Positions 7,645 through 17,383 of a stretch of 43,267 nucleotides of DNA are shown in pieces. The position numbers and the translations under genes are program-made. Under the pieces are notes generated by a model. That model saw nothing but the letters and a program-made list of their open reading frames with translations. It ran no database searches and was not told where the DNA came from. This stretch comes from Planctomycetota bacterium (GTDB lineage: Bacteria > Planctomycetota > Phycisphaerae > Sedimentisphaerales > Anaerobacaceae): the NCBI GenBank assembly GCA_023135935.1, contig JAGLSU010000089.1:1-43267 (forward strand). Direction: 5' to 3'. Numbering within the stretch: the first letter of the stretch is position 1; each line of letters begins with the position of its first letter.

Positions 7645-9692
7645 CCCGTTTTGCGACCGATATACCCAGCCTCAATACAGAACTGAATCATTTCGCGTGC
7701 TAAAGAACCAGCGTCACTTGAACCGTGTTGACCGCCTTCAACTACGACCGCAATAGCCACGCTGTGGCCTCCATTGTCTTCGGCAAATCCGGAAAACCAC
7801 GCATGGTCAGGACGCTCCGTTGAACCGGTCTTACCGTAAACCATTATACCCTGCTTGGAAAAACCGGCATGAGAAAATTCTTTATAAGCTGTTCCTCCCG
7901 ATTCATTCACAACAGCACTCATCCCATCATAAACCATATCCAAAGTTTCCTTTGAAATATTAAGAGCAATTGACTCCGTCTGTTCAATGCCATCAATAAA
8001 CAGTCGTGGTTTTTTATACAATCCCCCTCGCGCGATAATTGCCATTGCATTCGCCACCTGCAGCGGCGTAACCCGAAGGTTGCCTTGACCTATACCGAAG
8101 TATCTTAATTCACTTTTTGTCAACAGCGGCACTTCGTTGAAATCTGTAATTTCACTTCCTAAAATAGTATTCGAAATCTGACCTTGCGCCTGCCTGAAAT
8201 CTCTGCTGGATTTGGCCTCTCCAATGGCAGCAGGGGGGGCAAGTGAAATTTTATGACCATAACCAAACTTAAATAACCACTCTTGCAAAACTGAAGGTTT
8301 GAGCCGGTTGGCCAGACGGGAGAAGTAAATATTGCAACTGCCCTTAATGGCGTTGCGGGCATTGTTTTGCCACCTGTCGTCGTGACCGGAACGATATCGG
8401 TTGTACAACCAGCAGCTGGGCCAACCCTTGGGTGCTTTTCTAGCCGGACAATTTACTATTTCACTTGGTCTACCTTTTCCGGATTCAATCGCAGCGATAA
8501 GAATCAACGGCTTCACAACCGAACCGGGTGGATACTGCTTATTTATTGCTCGATTTCGCAACGGCTCATTGGAGTCGCTGTAAAGACTACCATAATCATA
8601 TCTGGCACGATTCAAATCAAAATCAGGCATCGAAACCATCGCAAGTATATCACCTGTTGCCACGTCAATAATAACCGCTGAGGTAGGTGCTTTACAATTA
8701 CTATTGAAGTTGCAATTAACAAGATAGTTTTCTATCCGTTGTTGAAGTTCGATATCCAGTGTCAGATGAACATCTTTACCAAATTCTGTCTCAACCCGAT
8801 TTTGTAACTCGCGGTTGATATCGTAAACCTCTTCCCCACGTTTTCCCCGAAGAGCAGTTTCGCAGACATACTCCACCCCGTCTTCCCGTCCGCAAACTTC
8901 ATCGGACTGGTAACTCAATCGTCTGTCACCGGCAAAAAGCTGTCTATCCTCCTTTTGTGTCGCCAGACCAACCCACCCGATTGTTTGAGCAGCTACCGAC
9001 TTAAATGGATAGACCCGGTGAGACTTCGATTGTATCCCAATGCCGTCAATATCTGAAAACTCCAACTGAGCGGTAAAAATATCGTCGTCGGTTTCCAGTT
9101 CCAACAGTGGCCAATTTTTGTGCATCTCCGCAATGTCAACCTTAAACGCCAACAAAATCCGTTCATTGACATCAGGTACAGCCTGAGAAAAATCCTGTTC
9201 AGGATAATTTCTTTTCCACGCAAGATGTGTGCGCAAATTCCATATCGAATCATTTATCTTCTTAATTTTATTTTCTATCTCATCATGTTCGAAACCGAAG
9301 TGGCTGCACTTTTCGATTATCTGCTGCAAAACCTCAAATTTATTTTTTATTTCCTCTTGGACTTTAGATAATGCCAATTCCGGATTTTCCTTCTTGGAGG
9401 CTTTTAGAAATTTCGCCCGTTGAACCCGTTCGTCAAAAAAACGGGTTAGTTCATAGCTTATGCATAATTGAAATCGAGGCTCATCGATTGCCAAAACCTG
9501 CCCTTTTCTGTCGAGTATTTTGCCTCTGAGAGTTTTTAGTAGGCGGTAGTGACCTCTTTGGAGCTTCAGTTTTGTAATTTCATCTTGAAGCGACGAGTCG
9601 ACAAGCAACTGCATTTGTATCAGGCGAAGCAAGCATACCAACAGCAGAGATGCGATTATAAGTACGAAGATTTTGATTCGCTTGTTATACAT
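7638..9692 (-). CDS. mrdA: class B penicillin-binding protein 2 (elongasome transpeptidase)
   Basis: 684 aa with an N-terminal TM helix and the motifs SVVK (SxxK), SCN (SxN) and KTGS (KTG). It is the last gene of the mreBCD operon. Confidence 0.85.
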   Translation of the reverse strand: MYNKRIKIFVLIIASLLLVCLLRLIQMQLLVDSSLQDEITKLKLQRGHYRLLKTLRGKILDRKGQVLAIDEPRFQLCISYELTRFFDERVQRAKFLKASKKENPELALSKVQEEIKNKFEVLQQIIEKCSHFGFEHDEIENKIKKINDSIWNLRTHLAWKRNYPEQDFSQAVPDVNERILLAFKVDIAEMHKNWPLLELETDDDIFTAQLEFSDIDGIGIQSKSHRVYPFKSVAAQTIGWVGLATQKEDRQLFAGDRRLSYQSDEVCGREDGVEYVCETALRGKRGEEVYDINRELQNRVETEFGKDVHLTLDIELQQRIENYLVNCNFNSNCKAPTSAVIIDVATGDILAMVSMPDFDLNRARYDYGSLYSDSNEPLRNRAINKQYPPGSVVKPLILIAAIESGKGRPSEIVNCPARKAPKGWPSCWLYNRYRSGHDDRWQNNARNAIKGSCNIYFSRLANRLKPSVLQEWLFKFGYGHKISLAPPAAIGEAKSSRDFRQAQGQISNTILGSEITDFNEVPLLTKSELRYFGIGQGNLRVTPLQVANAMAIIARGGLYKKPRLFIDGIEQTESIALNISKETLDMVYDGMSAVVNESGGTAYKEFSHAGFSKQGIMVYGKTGSTERPDHAWFSGFAEDNGGHSVAIAVVVEGGQHGSSDAGSLAREMIQFCIEAGYIGRKTGY

Positions 9693-9710
9693 ATTTCCTT
9701 GTTTCTGTAT

Positions 9711-10214
9711 TTAATTCAGACCGAATCGATGTGTCTTTATATGCATCCACCAAGCCGAGGGCAAGAATAAAAATGGCCCAATTATGGCTGAGTATAGAGG
9801 AGTACCAAAAAGAGCAACATACATATTAGGGTAGGCCTGTTGCCCTCTCAGAAAACTTAAGAAACAAACCAAAATACTTGCCAGAAAACCCGTAACAAAT
9901 ATTGCTGCGGATTGGTAAGGCATCTTTCTAATAGCAATAACACGATGGAGGTATGCAAGCAAAGTACCGAAAAGACCGTAACTGATTATTTGAGGACCCA
10001 TTGCAGAACCGATTACAATAATATCGGCCGAAAAACCTATTACAAAAGAGATTATAATCGCCTCATATGTATCGCAATAGACAGCAAAAAACACTAAAAG
10101 GATTAGCAGTAAATTGGGCTTGATGTTCAAAGATGAGACAGCGATCACATTGACCAGGTCAGCTTGCAATACAGTAGCGATAAGAATGAAAACTACGAAC
10201 CGGGCCCACCGCAT
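9711..10214 (-). CDS. mreD: rod shape-determining protein MreD
   Basis: 167-aa polytopic membrane protein located between mreC and PBP2. The N-terminus (MRWARFVVFILIATVLQ) is typical of MreD. Confidence 0.7.
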   Translation of the reverse strand: MRWARFVVFILIATVLQADLVNVIAVSSLNIKPNLLLILLVFFAVYCDTYEAIIISFVIGFSADIIVIGSAMGPQIISYGLFGTLLAYLHRVIAIRKMPYQSAAIFVTGFLASILVCFLSFLRGQQAYPNMYVALFGTPLYSAIIGPFLFLPSAWWMHIKTHRFGLN

Positions 10215-10228
10215 TTACTTGTCCTCTG

Positions 10229-11032
10229 CTATTCTTTCGGATTCATTATGATTACGGCTACGTTGTCCAGCATTTCTATCTCACAGACAGGCTTGACCGT
10301 TACATCCCAAAGAGAAGGATTTTCATCATCCCTTTTACATTGGACCACCGTTCCGGCAATAATCGCGGTGCCTAATAAACCTGGTTTCTTGTCGGCATAA
10401 ACATTGCTGCCGGTCTTGATTTTGTACTGTATCGGCAACAATCGAATACGGGCACCATTATTACCGCAGCCTTCCATCAATCGATATTTATCTAATACTC
10501 CTATCCTGACGGCTATCTTGGAACTAACGTCGGTAATTAATTTGACCTGCGATGTGCGGGTAGAAACATTCGATATGGTTCCGATGATACTATTATCGCC
10601 TAAGACGAATTGACCTTCGTCTAAACCATCATCTTGACCGCGGTTAATAATAAGTTCATTGTGTGAACTGCTGATGGTAGCTGTAATGACATCAGCGAGG
10701 ACTAACTTCGCTCCTTCCAACGGCAGTCTATTACGAAAACCAGATAATTTTTCAACGTTTTGATGCTCCTGTTCCAGTTGCTCTGTAATATTTGCGAGAT
10801 GATTTTGGAGCCGGTTATATTCACTGCGGCTGACAACATCGGTAAATGATTCCTGTGTGCGAGCCGCAAGCGAAATGTTTCTGCTAATACTTAGAGGTAA
10901 ACGAAAAATGCGGGCAAAAGCAAATTGAAATTTATTTGTTAAGCTTTGGGGGGTCAAAAGAAAAATAAACCCGGCTAACATAAGCCAGATAAATAACATC
11001 CGTTTAGAGACTTTGATTTGCTTCCTTGCCAT
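10229..11032 (-). CDS. mreC: rod shape-determining protein MreC
   Basis: 267 aa with an N-terminal TM helix, a coiled-coil and beta-barrel repeats (GDNSIIGTISNVS...SQVKLITD). Synteny is mreB-mreC-mreD. Confidence 0.85.
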   Translation of the reverse strand: MARKQIKVSKRMLFIWLMLAGFIFLLTPQSLTNKFQFAFARIFRLPLSISRNISLAARTQESFTDVVSRSEYNRLQNHLANITEQLEQEHQNVEKLSGFRNRLPLEGAKLVLADVITATISSSHNELIINRGQDDGLDEGQFVLGDNSIIGTISNVSTRTSQVKLITDVSSKIAVRIGVLDKYRLMEGCGNNGARIRLLPIQYKIKTGSNVYADKKPGLLGTAIIAGTVVQCKRDDENPSLWDVTVKPVCEIEMLDNVAVIIMNPKE

Positions 11033-11057
11033 GTTTAGTTGTCAGTTGACGGGCTCT

Positions 11058-12137
11058 CTATTCCCAGCCGTAAGAACTGTGGTCTATCGTATCTTTCCAC
11101 ATCTCCAGATTTTCCAGATAAACACTGGTACCGCGAGCAACACAGCTAAGAGGGTCTTCGACCCGCTCGACCTTCAAGCCTGTAGAGTTCGCCAATACTG
11201 TATCCATTCCTCTTAACAAAGACGCGCCACCACAAATATGTATACCGTTGTCTATCAAATCTGCTGCCAATTCCGGCTCGGCTTTTTCGAGAGTTGCTGT
11301 AACTGCGTCTATAATTGCTGCAATCGGTTCGCGAAGAGCTTCACGAATTTCCTCACTTGTTATAACGATTTTTCGCGGAAGACCGGAAATAGTATCTCTA
11401 CCGGCTATTTCCATCGTCAGTTCCTCTTCCAGTGCAGAAGCTGAGCCTATCTGTATCTTAACTTTTTCTGCTCGCGCCTCACCTACCAGTAGATTATACG
11501 TTCTCTTGAGATGATTAATCACTGCCTCATCCATATCGTCTCCGCCAATGCGGATAGATTCACATGTGGCGATATCGGCCAAACTCATTATGGCTACTTC
11601 CGTCGTTCCGCCGCCAATATCGACAATCATTGATGCAGTCGGGTCAGTTATTGGTAAGCCGGCTCCGATGCCTGCAGCCATCGGCTCATCAACAAGATAA
11701 ACTTTACGCGCTCCCGCACGCTCGGCGCTGTCAATGACTGCGCGACGTTCCACTGCCGTTATTCCACTTGGTACCGCTATTACTACGCGAGGTCTTACCA
11801 AGCCGCCTCTACCATGGACCTTACGAATAAAATAGCTCAGCATGGCTTCGGTTATTTCGAAATCGCTGATGACACCGTCCTTCAGAGGCCTTATTGCTGT
11901 GATAGAACCGGGTGTTTTACCGAGCATTTCGCGCGCTACTAAACCAACGGCTTCACCGTTATTCAAAACAATATTGGTGCCTTTGCGAACTGCGACTACG
12001 GAAGGTTCATTGAGGATAATACCCTTGTCGCGAACACAAACCAAGGTAGTACATGTACCTAAATCAATACCCATGTCTGTGCTAAACAAGCCTAATATTG
12101 TGTCCAGTAGCACTTCGACTCCCTTCTCAATTTTCAC
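11058..12137 (-). CDS. mreB: actin-like rod shape-determining protein MreB
   Basis: DMGIDLGTCTTLV phosphate-1 motif, DIGGGTTEVA, and full-length resemblance to MreB. GTG start at 12137. Confidence 0.95.
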   Translation of the reverse strand: MKIEKGVEVLLDTILGLFSTDMGIDLGTCTTLVCVRDKGIILNEPSVVAVRKGTNIVLNNGEAVGLVAREMLGKTPGSITAIRPLKDGVISDFEITEAMLSYFIRKVHGRGGLVRPRVVIAVPSGITAVERRAVIDSAERAGARKVYLVDEPMAAGIGAGLPITDPTASMIVDIGGGTTEVAIMSLADIATCESIRIGGDDMDEAVINHLKRTYNLLVGEARAEKVKIQIGSASALEEELTMEIAGRDTISGLPRKIVITSEEIREALREPIAAIIDAVTATLEKAEPELAADLIDNGIHICGGASLLRGMDTVLANSTGLKVERVEDPLSCVARGTSVYLENLEMWKDTIDHSSYGWE

Positions 12138-12187
12138 TATTGACTATCTTCTACAAACAAAAAACTGAATAGTCAATGCTAAATTGG

Positions 12188-12349
12188 CTATGGTATTTTG
12201 AAGATTGTGCCATACTGCAAATTACACTTATATGCAACGAACCCTGCAGTTGCAAGCACAATGCAGAATGCTAATGCGAGAATAACCGTATAAAGGTTAT
12301 TGGGTAATACTGCCTTGTCACCAGGAGTTTTGCCGTTAGGACTCATCAT
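12188..12349 (-). CDS. 53-aa single-TM microprotein (below the ORF-track cutoff)
   Basis: Hand translation gives MMSPNGKTPGDKAVLPNNLYTVILALAFCIVLATAGFVAYKCNLQYGTIFKIP. AGAGG lies 4-5 nt upstream of the ATG. It sits between the coiled-coil gene and mreB on the same strand. Confidence 0.35.
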   Translation of the reverse strand: MMSPNGKTPGDKAVLPNNLYTVILALAFCIVLATAGFVAYKCNLQYGTIFKIP

Positions 12350-12402
12350 TAACCTCTTATTAGTAGCTGCTCATTTATGCCTGAACAGCTTGTGTAAAGT
12401 GT

Positions 12403-13275
12403 TTATAAATTAGTACTTACGTTATCGCCGACTTTCGGCGTTTCTTGCACGAGTTCCAGAATACCTACCGCCTCTTCGGTATCGACGTCTATAATTAGGA
12501 TATCACAAATGAATTTACTGCCACGGGTAACGTGGAATTTCATACCATCTTTGACTCCGTCGGCACTGCCGATAGATATCTTAGCCATGGAATTCTTCAA
12601 ATCTATTGCCGACACCAGGCCTTGAAGGTCAATACCTTTGGTAGCAATCTTGGCTGGTTTTGCTATGCTTATTTCTGGTGTAACCGGTACCACAGGAACA
12701 GCCACGCGACCCATCGGTTGCAATAGCTGGTCTAATTTGTTTTGTAATTCGACCTTTTCTTCGACCAAACGTTTCTTCTCGGATTCCAATGTATCTATTA
12801 TTGCCATTTTCTCAATCAAACTTGCTGTAGTTTCATTAAGCTCCTTGTGTTGTTTGATTTGTTCGGCCTGAACGGTATTTAGTTCTTCAAGGGTGTTCTT
12901 TAGTAGCTGACCTTGCTTGTCGGTAGTTTGGTAGAAGTCTTTCGTTATGCTGGTCCAGCTGTTTACTTTCTGTAGAAGAAGCGACTTCTCTCTCTCGACA
13001 TTATTAAGACTGGCTTGCAATTCCCTGATTTCTGAACCCAACGTGCCTATCTTGGTGTTTAATTTATCTTCTATCTGTTGCTTTCCGGCAACTTTTTCGC
13101 CTAATTGCTTGGTAAGACCTTTGACTTTCTCGCCTAAGGAGTCTCTTTCATTTTTCAGGTCTCTGTGTTGCTGTTTATAATTGTCTGCGTTGGCAACATA
13201 TGTTGCTACAATACCGCAAAGGAAAATAGAAGATAGCGTCAATAAAACTATTAGAATCTTTGTAAGTGCGCTCAA
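12403..13275 (-). CDS. membrane-anchored long coiled-coil protein with a small C-terminal beta domain
   Basis: TTG start with AAGGAG 6 nt upstream. It has an N-terminal TM helix, roughly 170 aa of heptad-rich sequence, and a C-terminal domain (KISIGSADGVKDGMKFHV...VGDNV). No family assigned. Confidence 0.7.
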   Translation of the reverse strand: MSALTKILIVLLTLSSIFLCGIVATYVANADNYKQQHRDLKNERDSLGEKVKGLTKQLGEKVAGKQQIEDKLNTKIGTLGSEIRELQASLNNVEREKSLLLQKVNSWTSITKDFYQTTDKQGQLLKNTLEELNTVQAEQIKQHKELNETTASLIEKMAIIDTLESEKKRLVEEKVELQNKLDQLLQPMGRVAVPVVPVTPEISIAKPAKIATKGIDLQGLVSAIDLKNSMAKISIGSADGVKDGMKFHVTRGSKFICDILIIDVDTEEAVGILELVQETPKVGDNVSTNL

Positions 13276-13473
13276 GTTTGGCTCCTTTCACTAATCTGTG
13301 TTTTAAAACCACATTTGGCTATTGTAAATACATGCTATACCATTATACCCTATAATAAATGTGATTCTATGCTTTAGACCCCTGTAGGTCAAGTTTTTTT
13401 TAGTAAAATAGCCTATAAATTAAGCTTGATAACGGAAATGGACGGTCATACCGAGTAATGAATCTTCGCTGGT

Positions 13474-14514
13474 TTATTGCTTCGTTACAGACTGAAAAAC
13501 GGCTTTTGCAGCTGCGATGCGAACCAGATTGGACTTGTTTTCCAAAAGCCCAGGTAGGTATTTTGTAACAGATGATGTACCGATACGACCTATTGCCAGG
13601 GCTGCTCGTGTCTTGAGACGTTCATCATCTTCCTTACTCAGACCGGTAAACGCATTTTTCTTCAAAACCTCGAGCACTTCAGGCTCACCGCTTGTATCAC
13701 CCAGCATGCCAAGCTGTTCTGCTGCTGCAAGGCGAACCTCCGGTACGTCATCATCCAATATGGTAAGAAGAACATTTCTGGCATTTGTCGTCCCAAGTGC
13801 ACCCATCCCCCTTGCGCCGGTAACCCTGTCATCGGCGTAAACATTTCTAAGCATTGCCCACAATTTTGGATATATTCGCTCGTCACCAATTTTCGCTATT
13901 GCTTCGACCGCCTGAAATTTGACCTTATCCTCGGAATCTTTGTGCCGCAACGCCCAATACAGAAACTTTAACGAGTTCCTGTCACCGGTTTTACCTAACA
14001 GTAATGCGGCATTGGCACGGACGGTTTGGTTACTACTGGCTATTGCCTTGCGAAGAATGTCTATTTTCTCGGTATGCCCCAACTTGACCAGGGCATAAGC
14101 AGCAGCGATTCTTGCATTTTCGTCCTCGTCTTTCAATAGTTGCGAAACATCACCTTCCGCAAGAGAGTATTGCACGTCACCTATAGCCAAAGCTGCCAAA
14201 AATCGGACATGCACAAATTCATCCTGCAAAAGCCGCTGAACTTTAGGCATAAACTTCATTTGTTTGGTATCTGCGATAACTTCGATTGATATGGTACGCA
14301 TGTTGGGATTACTGTCAGACAAACCAGCACTGATAATTTCCCGGGCTTTCGGCAGAAGCTCACTGATATTAATAGTTTCAGGAGAATTCGTTGCAGATGT
14401 CATTGCCCCTTCATTGCACCCCGAAAAAACTATCAGCGACAGAACTGAAAACAACATATAAAAAATAAAAACGCTTCGCTTTCGTCGAATAGTTCTTTTT
14501 GAAGTATTTTTCAT
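13474..14514 (-). CDS. HEAT-repeat (PBS-lyase-like) lipoprotein
   Basis: Signal peptide with lipobox (LIVFSGC). Repeated ...VR..AA.ALG... HEAT-like units run through the protein. Its start overlaps the lnt stop by 4 bp. Confidence 0.75.
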   Translation of the reverse strand: MKNTSKRTIRRKRSVFIFYMLFSVLSLIVFSGCNEGAMTSATNSPETINISELLPKAREIISAGLSDSNPNMRTISIEVIADTKQMKFMPKVQRLLQDEFVHVRFLAALAIGDVQYSLAEGDVSQLLKDEDENARIAAAYALVKLGHTEKIDILRKAIASSNQTVRANAALLLGKTGDRNSLKFLYWALRHKDSEDKVKFQAVEAIAKIGDERIYPKLWAMLRNVYADDRVTGARGMGALGTTNARNVLLTILDDDVPEVRLAAAEQLGMLGDTSGEPEVLEVLKKNAFTGLSKEDDERLKTRAALAIGRIGTSSVTKYLPGLLENKSNLVRIAAAKAVFQSVTKQ

Positions 14515-16199
14515 TGAATTTTCCCTATTCCCTTACTTCTTATGAATTTTGTCACATGCGGCACTATTATGACCAGAAAAACACAAACTGCACAACAAAA
14601 ATCCAGCCACTGCCCGCATTTACTAAAAAACGTCACTCTTTTATCTACCGGCACTCTGTCGGCAAACCATCCAGCCGCACCTGCCCGAGCCATAGCCTTA
14701 TGTGGAAGATTACCTGCCACAAATCCATCTCTTATGCGCCCCAAGCTATCTATCAGACAGCTCACACCCGTATTGACACTGCGCACAATCGCCACTCTGT
14801 TCTCGACCGCCCTGAATACGCAAATAGCCGCATGTTGCGGAAGCTCCGTACTTGCCAGAACTTGCCCCTCATCGAATCGAACGAACCAACCGTCGTTACT
14901 TATATTCACCAGCCAGTCGATATTCTTCTCACCATTTTCATCTATCGAAAATCGCCGCGCAATTAAGGCGATAGTATCTTCATAACAAATCATCACTGCG
15001 AATTTGTACTCTCGTTGCTTCTCTCCCCTCATCTTAAAAACAGTATACTCTGTCCCCGCATCGAGAGAATAATCGTAATCATACGGCGTAAATTTCATCA
15101 AAAGATTATGGAGCATCTTCGAACTCTTTTTAAACGGAACCACTTCTCCGAATGGCACCAGATGTATTTTGTGATATTGCTCTTTTGCTCGCTCGCCGTC
15201 TTTTTGGTAAAGAAATGCCGAGTTATATCTTGCCCCCAGTTCAAGCTGCAAATCATCCCCATATTCCAGCGTCCCACCATACGCACCCACCAGAACATTG
15301 GCCTTACCCTTACTATGCTCTCGCAGCATCCTATCCACACTGTGGCAATGATAAGTAGCCGCAAGACGTTCCAATACTCGCCTGTCCAGTGTCGCCCGAA
15401 CCATCGTCTCGGGCCAAACAACCAACTCAGCCGTCGACCCGATGCTTTCGTCACTCATCTTCAAAAGTTCATCAACTATTTCCTCAGACACCTGCCCCGA
15501 TGCCTTAACCGATTGTGGAACATTTGACTGCACCGACGCAACCAGCGGGCCGACCTCGATGAATTTGCCCGATTCGTTTATCCGCCATCGCCCGTATAAA
15601 ATCGCCCCGACCACCGCAACGCATACCACCGCCGCCTTCAAGAAATTACCAACTTTGAAAAATCGTTTTTCGCTTCCTGAGATTATCAACTCAGCCGCCA
15701 ACCCGTTAACCATTGCTATCAAAAACGAAACCCCCGCCACGCCGAATATATCAGCTATTTGAATAACTGTAATATTGGCGTATTGGCTGTGCCCCAGAAA
15801 CCGCCAGAAAAATCCCCCTAAAAACAAACCTCCAAGCCGCTCAACTCCGACAATCAATATCGGCGCCGCAATAAACAGCGGAATCTTTTTCACTCTGCAC
15901 CAACGCAGACAAATCGCCAGTATAGGCCAAAGTATCGCCGTGTATAAACAAAATGCCACCCAGCCGATACGGGTCACATAACCCACCCAGTAAATATTGC
16001 CGAGCCAGTAACCCAACGATACCAAATAAGAAATAACTACCAGCCGTTTGACTTTGATCTGCGGTGAACAAACCAGAATAAATGGCACCATCGCCGCCCA
16101 TGCCAGAAACGCCAAATTAAACGGCACCTGTATCACCGTCAACATCAACGCACTAGCCGCAAACGCCGCGAAAACCAACTTTATACTCACATTTTTCAA
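14511..16199 (-). CDS. lnt: apolipoprotein N-acyltransferase
   Basis: Polytopic N-terminal half plus a C-N hydrolase domain with the E-K-C triad context (VVWPE, HKIHLVPFGE, VMICYE). TTG start overlaps the methyltransferase stop. Confidence 0.85.
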   Translation of the reverse strand: MKNVSIKLVFAAFAASALMLTVIQVPFNLAFLAWAAMVPFILVCSPQIKVKRLVVISYLVSLGYWLGNIYWVGYVTRIGWVAFCLYTAILWPILAICLRWCRVKKIPLFIAAPILIVGVERLGGLFLGGFFWRFLGHSQYANITVIQIADIFGVAGVSFLIAMVNGLAAELIISGSEKRFFKVGNFLKAAVVCVAVVGAILYGRWRINESGKFIEVGPLVASVQSNVPQSVKASGQVSEEIVDELLKMSDESIGSTAELVVWPETMVRATLDRRVLERLAATYHCHSVDRMLREHSKGKANVLVGAYGGTLEYGDDLQLELGARYNSAFLYQKDGERAKEQYHKIHLVPFGEVVPFKKSSKMLHNLLMKFTPYDYDYSLDAGTEYTVFKMRGEKQREYKFAVMICYEDTIALIARRFSIDENGEKNIDWLVNISNDGWFVRFDEGQVLASTELPQHAAICVFRAVENRVAIVRSVNTGVSCLIDSLGRIRDGFVAGNLPHKAMARAGAAGWFADRVPVDKRVTFFSKCGQWLDFCCAVCVFLVIIVPHVTKFIRSKGIGKIQ

Positions 16200-17143
16200 C
16201 AGCCGAAATCCTTTAAAGCCGTCGCCATTTCTTTAAGCTTGTATCGCTTCTGATTATTCATTCTTACAGAAAATTGGTTCGTAAACAATGCCAAAAGTTT
16301 TTCATTTCCGGCGATTTCTTTAGCTGGCATTTTTATATCGGATAAAAGCCTCTTGAATTCGCTCGTTTCAGCAGCACTCAAATCGCCATTGCTGTCTCGT
16401 TGACCTTTCAATTCAGCCAAACGTTTCTCCGCGTTTTCAACGTATTTTTCAGACACCTCTATCCCGACATAATCCCTGCCGAGTTGCACCGCCGCCGCAG
16501 CCGTAGTACCCGAACCGCTAAACGGGTCCAGCACGCAATCTCCGGCGTTGGAACTGGCAGCTATAATTCTTTTCAGCAGACTCTCCGGCATCTGACATGG
16601 GTGCCAGCCGGTGCGTTCCTTAAACGTCCCGCAAACACGCGGGTCACCGTTCCAAACATCATCCGGCATCTTACCTTCCGCCTTGGCGCGACTGTCGTTA
16701 TAAGTCAACTGCCTGTCCGAAGGAACGCGAACCGCCCGGTCGTTGAAAGTAAATTTCTTTCCATCGTTAACGAAGTAAAATATATGCGTATGCGAGCGGG
16801 CAAACTTATTCTTCATCTGTTGCCCAAACGTGTAATGCCATATTATCCAGTTCCGCATAACTAGCCCCAACTCGTCAGCTATAACCTTCACATTCGCCGC
16901 GTAATCATCGCCTATCGCTATATAAAACGAACCCTCCGGCTTCAAAACTTTCTTGCAGGCACCCATCCAGTCCTTCGTCCAGGCGATATAGTTTTTTCTC
17001 TTAACCTTATCCTGATATTTATCGTACTTGTAGCCGATATTAAAAGGCGGGTCAGCGAAAATAAGCTCCGCGAACGGCTCCCGAACCTTACCCAAAACCT
17101 CTATACAATCTCCGCACACTATTCTATTAACCAATTTCCGCAT
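16196..17143 (-). CDS. beta-class N6-adenine/N4-cytosine DNA methyltransferase, orphan (no nuclease partner seen)
   Basis: Motif IV (FADPPFN) lies N-terminal to motif I (LDPFSGSGTTAAAA), which is the beta-class order. About 70 aa of C-terminal extension follows. No restriction-enzyme-like ORF is adjacent. Confidence 0.85.
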   Translation of the reverse strand: MRKLVNRIVCGDCIEVLGKVREPFAELIFADPPFNIGYKYDKYQDKVKRKNYIAWTKDWMGACKKVLKPEGSFYIAIGDDYAANVKVIADELGLVMRNWIIWHYTFGQQMKNKFARSHTHIFYFVNDGKKFTFNDRAVRVPSDRQLTYNDSRAKAEGKMPDDVWNGDPRVCGTFKERTGWHPCQMPESLLKRIIAASSNAGDCVLDPFSGSGTTAAAAVQLGRDYVGIEVSEKYVENAEKRLAELKGQRDSNGDLSAAETSEFKRLLSDIKMPAKEIAGNEKLLALFTNQFSVRMNNQKRYKLKEMATALKDFGC

Positions 17144-17211
17144 AACGATATGTTATACCCAAACACCAATTTTGCAAGAGGATTTACGTCTTTCGCCCAT
17201 GCGGATTTCTT

Positions 17212-17383
17212 TGTCATCTCGACCGACTTGTGGTGAGCCTGTCGAACCAAGCGCAACCCTCCCCTCGTCATCTCGACCGAAGCGTAGCGCAGTGGAGAAA
17301 TATTCTTTTAATCCTGCGAAGCAGAGATCTGGCCTGCGAATTGTAATACCGTCCCCTTTGTCATTCCGCACTTGTTGCGGAAT
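17212..17383. repeat. cluster of short REP/MITE-like units
   Basis: GTCATCTCGACCGA occurs twice (17212-17225 and 17266-17279). A third GTCATTCC unit carries a perfect 8-bp inverted repeat, attccgca-cttgt-tgcggaat (17363-17383). The region is intergenic. Confidence 0.45.

Noticed and set aside
8159-9770. ORFs 8159..8362, 8367..8681, 8401..8583, 8993..9253, 9120..9371, 9229..9423 and 9549..9770.
   Set aside because: They are out of frame or antisense within mrdA (PBP2) and have no independent support.
14499-16236. Numerous plus- and minus-strand ORFs overlapping lnt (for example 14499..14966, 15015..15527, 15098..15454).
   Set aside because: The lnt frame carries the C-N hydrolase E-K-C contexts and the polytopic N-terminus. 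The others are compositional artefacts.
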